DNA from: a virus
Lineage: Duplodnaviria > Caudoviricetes
Direction: 5' to 3' (one strand)
Length of the DNA: 64,000 bases
Virus record (IMG/VR): IMGVR_UViG_3300037313_000659
Coordinates: 5,085 to 69,084 of that record
Shown: piece after piece, positions 18,673 to 27,954 of the stretch
How the letters are laid out: every line of letters starts with the position of its first letter
Position numbering within the stretch: the stretch's first letter is position 1
The notes under the pieces: generated by a model
Told to the model about the DNA's origin: nothing
What the model saw: only the letters and a program-made list of their open reading frames with translations
The model's database searches: none
Position numbers and translations under genes: made by a program

Positions 18673-19099
18673 AGTTCTGTCTCATCCAGGCGCCGAGCTC
18701 GGTCGGCGCTTTGTTGGGTGGGGTGTCGAGCATGATGTGGTTGGCCGCGGCATGCAGCTTGAGCATGTCCACAATCGGCCCGCTGCGGGTGTAGAGGACC
18801 AGTGAGTAACCGAAAATCTCGCGGCTCTTGCTGTTGTAGAGCGCGACCATTTGCCAAGGCACCAACCGCTCGGTCCAGGCGCGACCGACCCGCATCGTGT
18901 TCGCTACGCGATCGAGGCCGATCTCGTCGGTGAACGGGAGCGCCGGCACATACTGGTCGCAGAGTGTCTCGAAGCTGGCGTCAGGACAAACGTCACGCGA
19001 GGCGCAGTGGTCACAGATCCGCTTACCAGCGCCGGAGCGATAAGCCCCGTCGCTGTTGCGGCGCACCTGGCGCGTGTCAGTGTCAATCTCGATCTTCAC
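18518..19099 (-). CDS. Hypothetical protein with CxxC-x4-C cluster
   Basis: GTG at 19099 overlaps the upstream TGA; ICDHCASRDVC. Confidence 0.6.
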   Translation of the reverse strand: MKIEIDTDTRQVRRNSDGAYRSGAGKRICDHCASRDVCPDASFETLCDQYVPALPFTDEIGLDRVANTMRVGRAWTERLVPWQMVALYNSKSREIFGYSLVLYTRSGPIVDMLKLHAAANHIMLDTPPNKAPTELGAWMRQNYGPHIIHAGTTLTAVYLLRVHSAPLETYQQGMEAIGLGQGRPARSGKARRK

Positions 19100-19293
19100 C
19101 TGCTGGCGAAAGCGAGCGCGGCCATAATGAGCAGGAACACGGCGCCGATCAGCAGCGGTCCCCACACTAGGCAGGTCACCAGCCACCAGGACCAGTAAGC
19201 GACCGGCGGGACGCCAAGCGCCTTGAGCAGGACCAGGACGATCGTGATAACGCCGCCGCAGCCAATGCCGCCCTGCTGCTGTTGATTGTTCAA
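19096..19293 (-). CDS. Small membrane protein
   Basis: TTG after GAGGAG; two hydrophobic helices, GGIG...VLLKALG...WSWWLV. Confidence 0.65.
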   Translation of the reverse strand: MNNQQQQGGIGCGGVITIVLVLLKALGVPPVAYWSWWLVTCLVWGPLLIGAVFLLIMAALAFASR

Positions 19294-19363
19294 TTCGTTT
19301 CTCCTCGCTTTGTCTGTGTCGTCGCACATGCACTAGCGCGACGACGATTTGTTGTCGGGTGGC

Positions 19364-19630
19364 TTATCGGTGAATGGACAGGAACCAGCGGAGCATGTCG
19401 CGCTGGACGGTGGCTTCGGGAACGCCGTTGTTCCGCATGCGGTGCATCATCCAGTGCGTCCATCCGATGCCGTCATTGATGGTCTCGAACCGGCGCTCGA
19501 CCTCGGCGAAGTTCGGGAACAGCTGCAGGCACATGACATGCAGCCGACGAACCGGCCCGTAGAACCGATGGGCAGGCAGATCGTAGATCGGCGTCTGTCC
19601 CTTTAGGATCTCCTTCATGCGGTCAGTCAT
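19364..19630 (-). CDS. Hypothetical protein
   Basis: MTDRMKEIL start. Confidence 0.6.
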   Translation of the reverse strand: MTDRMKEILKGQTPIYDLPAHRFYGPVRRLHVMCLQLFPNFAEVERRFETINDGIGWTHWMMHRMRNNGVPEATVQRDMLRWFLSIHR

Positions 19631-19748
19631 AGGCCGCCATGATGCGAGCCGCCTCGTGTCGGTCGAGCACCTTGCGGCACTTCCCACAGATGTAGCAGTG
19701 GAGCTTTCGGATCGGACGATAGCGGCCGTGATTGCACTCGTCGGTCAC
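19623..19748 (-). CDS. Mini Cys/His protein (41 aa, not in ORF track)
   Basis: MTDECNHG...HCYICGKC...; GTGA coupling. Confidence 0.4.
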   Translation of the reverse strand: MTDECNHGRYRPIRKLHCYICGKCRKVLDRHEAARIMAAYD

Positions 19749-20080
19749 GCCTTCGCTCCGACCTGGCGCTTTCCCTGCTCACGCTTGAGCATCCGCCCCA
19801 TCATGAAGCAGCTGCCCTCGGTGGTTGAGAGGACGTAGGTCACACCCACGAGCGCAACCTTTAACAAGGAGCCCGTTGTGAGCGCTTGCCAAAGGATTCC
19901 GAAGAGGCCGACCTGGATGGTGAACCACACGGCGTTCGAGGCCCAGGCGCAGCGACGGTGGTAGCCGACATCGGCGCTGTTGCGCGACCGACTGACCGCC
20001 GTGAACGCGGCGTTCTGAATGAAGGCTGCTACCGCGAGAAGCGGCAGCAGCACATAGAGGGGCAGGGTGGTCAGGTTCAT
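19745..20080 (-). CDS. Membrane protein
   Basis: Three hydrophobic segments; ATGA overlap with the recA stop. Confidence 0.65.
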   Translation of the reverse strand: MNLTTLPLYVLLPLLAVAAFIQNAAFTAVSRSRNSADVGYHRRCAWASNAVWFTIQVGLFGILWQALTTGSLLKVALVGVTYVLSTTEGSCFMMGRMLKREQGKRQVGAKA

Positions 20081-21090
20081 GCGACCGCCATGTCGATCAG
20101 GCGATCGACGATGCCAGGTTCGTTCGCGATCTGCGGGAGCAGCTGGCTCTTGTAGAGCTTCTTGCCTTCCCACACGATGTAGGCGCCGCTGGTCTCCAGC
20201 TTGCCGATCTCCCGAAGGTGATCGAGCATCGTCTCGACCACATCGATGTAGCCGGTGCCATCGGGCAGGAACTTGAACTTGAACTCCGTCTTCAGGTGGG
20301 AGCGGTAGGTCTTGTTCTTGACCGTTTCGACGCGCACCGTCTGACCAGTGACTTCCCTCGCGTCGGCCTTGTTCTCGCGATCGAGGGAGCGGCCGAGGTA
20401 GAGCTTCACGGCGTCGTAGAAGAACGGTGCTTCGCCACCAGGCGTGTAGCGCGGATCTCCGTGCGTCACCCCAGGCTTCATGCGCATCTGGTTCAAGAAG
20501 ATCGCCAGGATGTTGTTCTTCTCGATGAAGGCGTTGAACGCAGGGAACTCCTGGCTCGTCGTGGTGGCGAGCGAGAGCTTCTCCTTCATGTTCTTCGCCT
20601 GGGAGCGATCGCGGTCCATGTCGGACGCGGGGACCATCGCAGCCAGCGAGTCGAAGACGCAGACGAGCGGCGCCTCGAACGGAATAACATCAGCCCTGCG
20701 AATGGCTTCCATCCAGTCGACCGCCTGGTCGAGCGACTCCTCGAATGTTTCGGGGCGCTTGTAGGTCCACACTCCAGGTTGGACCGAGCCACCGAACCGC
20801 TCGAACAGATCAGGCACGAAGGTCTTTTCGTGATCGTGGAATGCGCCGGCACCACCGGCCTTCTGTGCTTCCTTAATCACATGCTGCGCGAGCAGGGTCT
20901 TGCCAGCCGACGCGGGGCTGGCGATCTCGACCATGCGGGCAGATTTGAAGCCACCACCGCGATACTTGCCGCTGATGATGAAATCGACATTCGGAACGCC
21001 GGTCGAAAGGTGGCAACCGATGTCCTTGATGGGATCGGACTGAACGCCACCCTTCTGTAGTGCGCTGGCAAGCGCGTCGGCCAAACTCAT
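20077..21090 (-). CDS. recA: RecA/UvsX-like recombinase
   Basis: STGVPNVD, SPASAGKT, HDHEKT, VFDSLAAM, FLNQMR, TPGGEAPFFY and KNK motifs. Confidence 0.92.
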   Translation of the reverse strand: MSLADALASALQKGGVQSDPIKDIGCHLSTGVPNVDFIISGKYRGGGFKSARMVEIASPASAGKTLLAQHVIKEAQKAGGAGAFHDHEKTFVPDLFERFGGSVQPGVWTYKRPETFEESLDQAVDWMEAIRRADVIPFEAPLVCVFDSLAAMVPASDMDRDRSQAKNMKEKLSLATTTSQEFPAFNAFIEKNNILAIFLNQMRMKPGVTHGDPRYTPGGEAPFFYDAVKLYLGRSLDRENKADAREVTGQTVRVETVKNKTYRSHLKTEFKFKFLPDGTGYIDVVETMLDHLREIGKLETSGAYIVWEGKKLYKSQLLPQIANEPGIVDRLIDMAVA

Positions 21091-22028
21091 GCGTGAAAAT
21101 CCTCCATTGTCTCGAAAGGCTTGATGAAACGGTCCATGTCTCGGAGCATGCTCGACATGCCGAAGCGCATGCAGAACTGCTCGAAGGCTTGGCGGTTGAC
21201 CGGCGCGCGGGTTGCCTTGATGCCCGTTGGCGTCGGAATCTTGGGGTGATTCAGGTCCATGAGTTCGAGCGCCCACTCGAACCGATCGCGGAGCTCCTGG
21301 CTCTCATGGAAGTCGCGGTATTTCTTGGGGAGCTTGCCGCCCCAGCGGACGGTGGCTTCGTCGAGATCCATTCCCAGGAACTCGTGACAGTCGGCGAACA
21401 CCGACAGGAGATCCAACGCTCCTTTCTCACCGATGCCGATGTTGGTCTTGACGTTATCGCCGCTGTCGCCCTGCAACCCCTTCGAGTGGACGAATGCGGT
21501 GCGGGTCTTGTAGCCGGTGAACGCCGTGAAGTTCTCGACCGTGCATTTCCGGTCGTGCTTGTGGTCAATCCAGGCGACACCATCCTGCACACACTGCAGC
21601 CAGTCTTTGTCGCCGGTGATGAGGCTCACCTTGTCGCCCTGCGCGGCGTATTGCCGTGAAAGAATGGCAGCGAGATCGTCGGCTTCCATGTTGCCCGCGA
21701 TCAGCTGCTTGATGCCCAGGTAGTGCAGCCCCTCGAACATGAAGCGGCGCTGCGACTTGTAGCGCTCGCGCTCTGCTTGCTGTTCAGCGGTTGCGGTGCG
21801 GTTGCCCTTGTAGTCGGGGAAGCGCTCGTAGCGCCAGCTGCGACCGTCCCACAGCACGACAGGGGCGGTGCCAGTGCGTGTGCGCATCAGCTTCTGCATC
21901 GACTGCATCATGCCGAAGATCGCGGTGGTCTCCTGACCGCCGGCCTGCAGCTTCTTGCCCTTCGCGCCGAAGCCATGCTGTGCAGCGTGACCGACCGAGT
22001 TGCCGTCAATGAGGGTGTGATGCTTCAC
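21087..22028 (-). CDS. 5'-3' exonuclease / flap endonuclease (PolI N-terminal / T4 RNase H-like)
   Basis: LIDGNS, WDG, YKGNR, EADDL, TGDKD and LQGDSGDN. Confidence 0.9.
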   Translation of the reverse strand: MKHHTLIDGNSVGHAAQHGFGAKGKKLQAGGQETTAIFGMMQSMQKLMRTRTGTAPVVLWDGRSWRYERFPDYKGNRTATAEQQAERERYKSQRRFMFEGLHYLGIKQLIAGNMEADDLAAILSRQYAAQGDKVSLITGDKDWLQCVQDGVAWIDHKHDRKCTVENFTAFTGYKTRTAFVHSKGLQGDSGDNVKTNIGIGEKGALDLLSVFADCHEFLGMDLDEATVRWGGKLPKKYRDFHESQELRDRFEWALELMDLNHPKIPTPTGIKATRAPVNRQAFEQFCMRFGMSSMLRDMDRFIKPFETMEDFHA

Positions 22029-22046
22029 GCGAAATCCTTGAAACAA

Positions 22047-22083
22047 GGGGTGCGCGCCACGACGAGAAAACGGCGCGCACCCC
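22047..22083 (-). terminator. Terminator/attenuator hairpin between SSB and exonuclease
   Basis: 12-bp stem GGGGTGCGCGCC/GGCGCGCACCCC, then TTGTTT on the minus strand just before the next RBS. Confidence 0.6.
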
Positions 22084-22172
22084 ACCTTCACGCAAGCCGG
22101 CCGCACGGTTTATCAGCCCGTCGCTGGCTCACGAACACCTGGGGGCAGGGTGCCCACCCCCTGGCACTTCTC

Positions 22173-23192
22173 TTAGTTCAGCGAAGCGAGAATGGACGCG
22201 AGGTCCGGTTCTCCATCAGCTGCGGCCGGCGCAGGGTCTGCGGGCGGCGTGGGGGCCGGCGCAGCCGGTGCAGCGGCCGGAGCAGCTGCGGTTGGCGCCG
22301 GTGTTTCGTCTGCGACTTCCTCGTAGTCGGCGTCCTCGACCGCATGGGTGACCATGGTCGGGGCGGCCGGCTGCGGGGTAGCAGGGGTCTGCGGAGCCGC
22401 GGCCGGAGCAGCGAGCGCCGGAGTGGCGGTCGTGTTCGTGCCAGCGATCTGCGGGACCGACTGCGGGGCGGCGATCGAGAGACCCGCCGAAGCGTTCAGC
22501 TTCGCGAGCGCCTCGAAGCAGCGCTGCTCCTTGCCCTCGAAGAGCGAGGTAACCCAGCCGTCGAGATCGATCACCTTGTCGAGGATCTCCTGCTTGATCG
22601 GAGCCTTCTGCGGGGTGACCGCCCAGGTGTAGCTGGTGTCGATGCCGGTGCCAGCCTTCTCGACCTGGAAGACATGACCTTCCACAGGGTCGAACACATC
22701 GACGCCGGTGTCGCCCCAAACCTGCGCCTGTGCGAGGATGCCCTCGTCGAACGCCGTCTCGCTGACTTCCAGGAGAACCGGCTCGTCCGGCTTCTGGCTC
22801 TGCGGGTGGTTGAGAATGAGCGCGCAGAACACGATACGCGGATTGGCAAGCAAGTCGCGGTAGTGTTCCTTGACATCCTGCGACGGCGCTTCGCGCATCG
22901 CCTGGAAGATCATGTCGCGAACGGGGTCGGACTGGCCGTAGGTGATCTCGCGATCGCCAATGGATCCGATGTTCTTTCCGTCGAGCGACTTGAGGTAGGT
23001 CATACCGAAGCGGCGCTCGATACCGAAGGTGCCAGGGGCGATGTTCGCCGGATAGCCCTTCTGCGGAATGATGCGGAACAGGGTCTTACCCTGCGGCAGC
23101 TTGAAAGGACGAAGCCCCTTCGCCTTGCCCTGCGCGATCTCGCCGCGACGCATCGCGAGACGATCGGCAATACTCAATGCACCCTGACTCAT
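22173..23192 (-). CDS. Single-stranded DNA-binding protein (gp32-like)
   Basis: FKLPQGKTLFRIIP...DPVEG...GIDTSY core, Ala/Pro linker, acidic tail; located among recombination genes. Confidence 0.7.
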   Translation of the reverse strand: MSQGALSIADRLAMRRGEIAQGKAKGLRPFKLPQGKTLFRIIPQKGYPANIAPGTFGIERRFGMTYLKSLDGKNIGSIGDREITYGQSDPVRDMIFQAMREAPSQDVKEHYRDLLANPRIVFCALILNHPQSQKPDEPVLLEVSETAFDEGILAQAQVWGDTGVDVFDPVEGHVFQVEKAGTGIDTSYTWAVTPQKAPIKQEILDKVIDLDGWVTSLFEGKEQRCFEALAKLNASAGLSIAAPQSVPQIAGTNTTATPALAAPAAAPQTPATPQPAAPTMVTHAVEDADYEEVADETPAPTAAAPAAAPAAPAPTPPADPAPAAADGEPDLASILASLN

Positions 23193-23274
23193 TTGTTCAC
23201 TTTCTCCTTCGCGTAGGTGTGTTGTTAATAACGCACCGAGAGCACAATTGCTCTTGGCTTTTCAAATGGCTTCG

Positions 23275-23814
23275 CTACGCGACCGAAGCCTGATCTGAAG
23301 AAGGTTGGCCGCGGTTCGCGAGGCGATCGCGGTGTCGATTGGCAACCTGGACGGCGCCGGCGACTGTGGCATTGCCTGCAAGCTGCGCACGAGACAGCTG
23401 ACCGAGGGAGATCAGCATGTCGCGGCGAGTCTTGAAGGCGTCGTATGCCACGCGACAGACCTGCTCGATCTCGTCGGCGTCGATCTGCAGCTGGGCATAC
23501 TTGATGAAATTGGGGTCCAGGTGAACCGCGGACTTCACCATCTCGGCGGTCACGCGCACTGGAGCCTTGTTGGTCCCCTCGACTTCCTCGCGGGCACCGT
23601 CCTCCAGCTGCTTGCGGTATTTCTTGGTCAGCTGCGCCTCGACCGACTTGGCGATCAGCTCGACCTTGTTCGCCTGCTTCTTCGCTCCCGCATGCTGCAT
23701 GCCATAATAGGCGGTGCGAGCGGTCTGCGTCTGCATGGCTGCGGTAAGGTCGGTGAGTTCACCCTGAACCTCTTCCGAAAACGCTGCTACGTCGATGAAT
23801 GTCTGGAGTTCCAT
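23275..23814 (-). CDS. UvsY-like recombination mediator
   Basis: Helical protein with VTAEMVKSAVHLDP...AFKTRRDMLISLG; adjacent to SSB. Confidence 0.55.
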   Translation of the reverse strand: MELQTFIDVAAFSEEVQGELTDLTAAMQTQTARTAYYGMQHAGAKKQANKVELIAKSVEAQLTKKYRKQLEDGAREEVEGTNKAPVRVTAEMVKSAVHLDPNFIKYAQLQIDADEIEQVCRVAYDAFKTRRDMLISLGQLSRAQLAGNATVAGAVQVANRHRDRLANRGQPSSDQASVA

Positions 23815-23877
23815 GTGCCCTTTGTCTCTAGCTTGTGTGTGTCATAATGCATGCACTCTAGGTGCGCAAGCACTATT

Positions 23878-26800
23878 TTAGACGGCGATCAATTCTGCTG
23901 CTGCTTTGAACACTTCGGTCAGCTTGTCGGCCTTCGAGGCGTCATGGTAGATCGAGGTCGGATTGAAGCCGACGATCACCGTCGCATCGAGCGCCGACGA
24001 GAATGCCTTGTGGCCGACGCACTCGCTCGGCTTCTTCATGTCGGGGAAGAACGCCTTGATCGAGTTGGTGCCGCAGAGGACGATCACCGGCGGCTTCAGG
24101 ATCTCGATCTCTCGCATGAGGAAGGGGAGGGTCTGCGCGCGCTCGGCGGCGGGCACTTCCTTCTCGGTCTTCTTCTTCGGCCGGCGAGCGACGTAGCTTC
24201 CGACGATCTCCTGGACCTTGATGCCCGCGGCGTTGAGCGACGGAATCACATACTCGCGGAAGCTGTAGGCGTTCGGGAGCGAGTCATAGTCGTTGAACGG
24301 GTGGTCGAAGATAATCATCATCTTCGAGTCCGAGCCGACGAATGTGTCCACCGGCTTGTAGGGCAGAAGGTCGAACATTTCCTCGTAGATGTCCGTCATT
24401 TGCTCGAACGCTTGCTCGCAGACGCGGATTTCCCGATCGGCGATCACGCCCTGGTCGGCGAGGTCCGGCATGAGCTCGATCTGGTCCTTCTGCCGGCTCT
24501 TGTCGGTGGCTGGCAGCTGACCTGGCTCGATGCGAGCGAAAGCGCCGACGCGGTTGAGGTTGTCGAGCGCCTTCGAGTTGACCGCTCGCGCTTCGACGCG
24601 GTTGCGGAAGTCCTCGATCGACTGGAAGGGGCCAGGTCCATAGCTGGTCCTGGTGATGGTGCGCGCCTTGCCGCGGCCTGATGCAGTCTCGATCACGACC
24701 GGCTCGGTCGCTGCTCGCGCGTCCATGATTGCACGGCAACCCTTCTCGCTGACGCCCATGACGGCTGACAGCGGTGCGGAGATCATCACATCGTTGAGCG
24801 GCTCGAACTGGTGGGTCGAGTTGTTCACATCTGGCGGTAGCACCTGAATGCCGTCCGCGCGGGCCTGCTTGACGATCGTCGGCAGGGTGGAGCTCGCGAT
24901 GCCCATCGAGGCTGCGTAGAACTCCACGAGATAGTGGGCCTTGATGTAGGCGGCCTGATACGAGATCAGCGTGTATTCGACGGCGTGCGATCGGTTGAAC
25001 GCGTAGCCGGCGAAGCCCTCGATGTCGGTGAACAGCTTGTCGGCCTGGTCTCGCGGCATGCCGGAGAGATTGACCGCGCCGTCGACGAACTTGTCGCGCT
25101 GCTTCGCCATCTCTTCGGGCAGCTTCTTGCCCATGATCTTGCGCAGCATGTCCGCTTCACCTGGCGTGTAACCGCACAGGACGCGGGAGACCTGCATCAC
25201 CTGTTCCTGGTAGCAGATCACACCGAAGGTCGGCTTGAGGACTTCTTCGAGCGACGGCCACGGATAGGTGACCGCTTCGATGCCAGCACGCCGGCGAATG
25301 TAGCTGTCGGTGATACCCGCATCGAGCGGACCTGGACGGTTGAGCGCGTTGAGCGCGACGAGATCCTCGAAGTCCAGCGCTTGCGTCTTCGCCATCTCTT
25401 TCAACAGCCGTCGAACGGAGCCGCCCTCGAACTGGAAGACACCGGCCGTCTTGGCGGTCGAGAAGATGTCGAGCGTCGGCGCGTCGTCGAGCGGGATGCT
25501 GTTGATGTCGAGCTTCGTGGCGTGGCGCTGGAAGATCAGCTTCGTCGCCTGGTCGAACATATCGAGCGTGGAAAGGCCGAGAACGTCGAGCTTGATGAGT
25601 CCCTGCTCTTCGCTGGTCCGCTTGTCCCAGTTAATGACGCGAGCTCCACCGCGCTTCTCGATCACGGCGCGCTCGACGATTGGATCCTGGGCGACGATGA
25701 TGCCAGCGGCGTGGGTGCCGTAAGCGCGCATCTTCCCTTCGAGGGTAGTGGCGTGGCTCCAGATGCCGAGATTCTGCCTGGCGAACTCGTCGAGCTCCGG
25801 CGACATTTCGCGAGCCTCTTCGAGGCCGTGGCCGACACCGTGCGTGTCACCAATGAAGGCGCTCATTCGCGAGGCGTCCACACCGAAGATCTTGGCGACA
25901 TCCTTGAGCGCCGACCTGGCGCCCATGGTATTGTAGTTGACGATGCCCGCCACCTTGTCCGCGCCCCACCGCTGCGTGAGGTATTGAATGACTTCCTCGC
26001 GGCGTGTGGACATGAAGTCGAGGTCGGCGTCGGGAAGGTCGAGACGGTCGGGGTTGATGAACCGCTCGAACAGGAGGTCGAAGCGGATGGGGTCAACGTC
26101 AGTGATGCCCATGAGATAGGCGACGAGCGACCCGCCCACGGATCCACGACCAGGACCGACATAGATGCCGTTGCGCTTGGACCACTGCACCAAGTCCTGC
26201 ACGAGCAGGAAGTAGTTTGCGAAACCGAGGCGCTTCAGCGTATCCAACTCGAACTGGAGCCGGGGGAGATATGTCGCCTGGAGCTCCTGCTGGGTGGGCT
26301 GGTGCGCAAGAACAGGGGCACGGAACCGGCTCACCCAGCCTAGCTTGCACTGCTTCACGAGCTCTGCGTCGGGATCGTCCGCGAGTTGCGGCAGGTTCGC
26401 CGGCTGCTTCGACCAGGAATAGCCGCTGCACAGCTGCACGAGCTTGTCCGTGTTCGCGAGCCCCTGCTTGAAAAGCTCGCCAATCTCCTCATCGTATCGC
26501 TTCGCCACCGCGAACGCGGCATCGACGGTCGCTTGCGCCAGCTCGATCGTTCGCATGGGCCGAAACTTGCTCTGCGGTCGCAGGTAATCGGGGTAGGGGC
26601 GCCGCTCGGCGATCGACGCGTTGCAGGAGAACGCGAGCTCCTGACCGTCTTCCAGCCACAGCGAGGGCATGACCACGAGCGGCTCGAAACCGAGCGCACC
26701 GCCGATCTTGATCGCGCGACGGTTCTGGCGAGAGAAGTAGGGAGTCGTGCATGGCACAAGCTCATAGAAGCGCGCTGCGAAGCGTTTTGCGCGCGACAGT

Positions 26801-27273
26801 CTCATGAGACCAGCGACCATCCCATCGTTGCTCACGACGCTCTGTGTGTCACCTGTAGAGAGCGCCAAGCAGTCGTCGCTGCAGCATTCGATCAGATCGT
26901 CCCAGGTGACGCGCGGGTAGTAGTAGAAGCGGTCGTCCTGGAACCCGCGGGTCAGCAGTCGATAGATCGAGCGAACACCTTCCTCGTTGATCGGGAACAA
27001 CTTGAGGAACGCTTCGTCGCAGTCCTTCACCTTCTCACCGGCCGCGTCGGTGCCCTTCTCGATCACGCGCACTCGAACGCCGACGATCAGCTTCTTTCCG
27101 AGCTTGCCGACAGACTTGCTGCCGTCGATCAGCGCCGTGATGGACATCGTGTCGGTCACGCAGATCACATCGGCCTCGGCCTTCTCGATTGCTTTGCCAA
27201 GGTCGTCGGTGCCGATAATGGACTCGCCGAGCGACAAGTCGGTGCGCACACCCAGGAGCGGGTGAATGTTCAT
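23878..27273 (-). CDS. dnaE: DNA polymerase III alpha (family C) with C-terminal UDG-like domain
   Basis: PHP domain, GRGSVGGSLVAY, FERFINPDRLDLPDADLDF, KLDVLGL and YAFNRSH; tail REIEILKPPVIVLCG...GFNP. Confidence 0.95.
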   Translation of the reverse strand: MNIHPLLGVRTDLSLGESIIGTDDLGKAIEKAEADVICVTDTMSITALIDGSKSVGKLGKKLIVGVRVRVIEKGTDAAGEKVKDCDEAFLKLFPINEEGVRSIYRLLTRGFQDDRFYYYPRVTWDDLIECCSDDCLALSTGDTQSVVSNDGMVAGLMRLSRAKRFAARFYELVPCTTPYFSRQNRRAIKIGGALGFEPLVVMPSLWLEDGQELAFSCNASIAERRPYPDYLRPQSKFRPMRTIELAQATVDAAFAVAKRYDEEIGELFKQGLANTDKLVQLCSGYSWSKQPANLPQLADDPDAELVKQCKLGWVSRFRAPVLAHQPTQQELQATYLPRLQFELDTLKRLGFANYFLLVQDLVQWSKRNGIYVGPGRGSVGGSLVAYLMGITDVDPIRFDLLFERFINPDRLDLPDADLDFMSTRREEVIQYLTQRWGADKVAGIVNYNTMGARSALKDVAKIFGVDASRMSAFIGDTHGVGHGLEEAREMSPELDEFARQNLGIWSHATTLEGKMRAYGTHAAGIIVAQDPIVERAVIEKRGGARVINWDKRTSEEQGLIKLDVLGLSTLDMFDQATKLIFQRHATKLDINSIPLDDAPTLDIFSTAKTAGVFQFEGGSVRRLLKEMAKTQALDFEDLVALNALNRPGPLDAGITDSYIRRRAGIEAVTYPWPSLEEVLKPTFGVICYQEQVMQVSRVLCGYTPGEADMLRKIMGKKLPEEMAKQRDKFVDGAVNLSGMPRDQADKLFTDIEGFAGYAFNRSHAVEYTLISYQAAYIKAHYLVEFYAASMGIASSTLPTIVKQARADGIQVLPPDVNNSTHQFEPLNDVMISAPLSAVMGVSEKGCRAIMDARAATEPVVIETASGRGKARTITRTSYGPGPFQSIEDFRNRVEARAVNSKALDNLNRVGAFARIEPGQLPATDKSRQKDQIELMPDLADQGVIADREIRVCEQAFEQMTDIYEEMFDLLPYKPVDTFVGSDSKMMIIFDHPFNDYDSLPNAYSFREYVIPSLNAAGIKVQEIVGSYVARRPKKKTEKEVPAAERAQTLPFLMREIEILKPPVIVLCGTNSIKAFFPDMKKPSECVGHKAFSSALDATVIVGFNPTSIYHDASKADKLTEVFKAAAELIAV

Positions 27274-27851
27274 TTGATCTCCAGCTTGTTGTTGCGTTCC
27301 ACGATGCGACCGCACCGCTTCAAAAAGGTCACGACACCGCTCGCGTGGCGCCTCGCTGTAGCTGCGCTCACAGACGCGTCAGACGCGATGGCAGCTGCGA
27401 TGGTGGTCAAGGTCTGCGGTTGCGCTTGAAGCGCTGTAATCGCGCTCTTCATGGGCACAGAGACCGACGCCAGCCGGCGAAGGTCACTGGTCATGGGGTT
27501 GATGCGTCGGCGGATGCACTTGTCGAGCGTCGGCCAGAGGCGCTTGTCGAGTGACGCTCGCAGTCGAGCAGCCATGGAAGCATCACCGAAGGTCTCCATG
27601 ATCGCTTCGGCGAACAGCGCCTGGTCGCGCTCTTTCTTCCGCTCTGCCTTCTCGGCTGGCGAGAACCATTGCTCGTGCATCGGATTGCCGTCGCTGTCGA
27701 AGAAGCGCTGCAGGAGCATCATGAACCTGGGGTGGCGGTTAGTGACGATCGCTCCGCACTGCGCGGTTGCGGGACACGCGATGCAGACCGCGCTCTGTGG
27801 CGCGTATGCGAGTGTCGAACCGAAGCAACCATTGGGGAGCATGTGTGTCAC
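27270..27851 (-). CDS. Hypothetical protein, N-terminal Cys cluster, possible C-terminal wHTH
   Basis: CFG...CIACPATAQC; start lies within a 22-bp box. Confidence 0.7.
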   Translation of the reverse strand: MTHMLPNGCFGSTLAYAPQSAVCIACPATAQCGAIVTNRHPRFMMLLQRFFDSDGNPMHEQWFSPAEKAERKKERDQALFAEAIMETFGDASMAARLRASLDKRLWPTLDKCIRRRINPMTSDLRRLASVSVPMKSAITALQAQPQTLTTIAAAIASDASVSAATARRHASGVVTFLKRCGRIVERNNKLEIK

Positions 27852-27889
27852 TTAGCATGCACCTGCTAGGGTGCGCAAGACTGGAAAAT

Positions 27890-27916
27890 GGGGGTGAGCG
27901 ACTAGCGCTCACCCCC
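27890..27916 (-). terminator. Rho-independent terminator
   Basis: 11-bp stem GGGGGTGAGCG/CGCTCACCCCC, then ATTTTCC on the minus strand. Confidence 0.7.
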
Positions 27917-27954
27917 GCGAGGAGACCGTGTGACGAGCACGGTCGGGGAGATCG

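Noticed and set aside
22030-22170. Structured ncRNA or tRNA in the SSB-exonuclease gap
   Set aside because: One strong hairpin is explained as a terminator; the second is weak; no cloverleaf or conserved T/D loops seen.
22200-22480. Ala/Pro repeats in SSB
   Set aside because: Ordinary flexible linker before the acidic tail.
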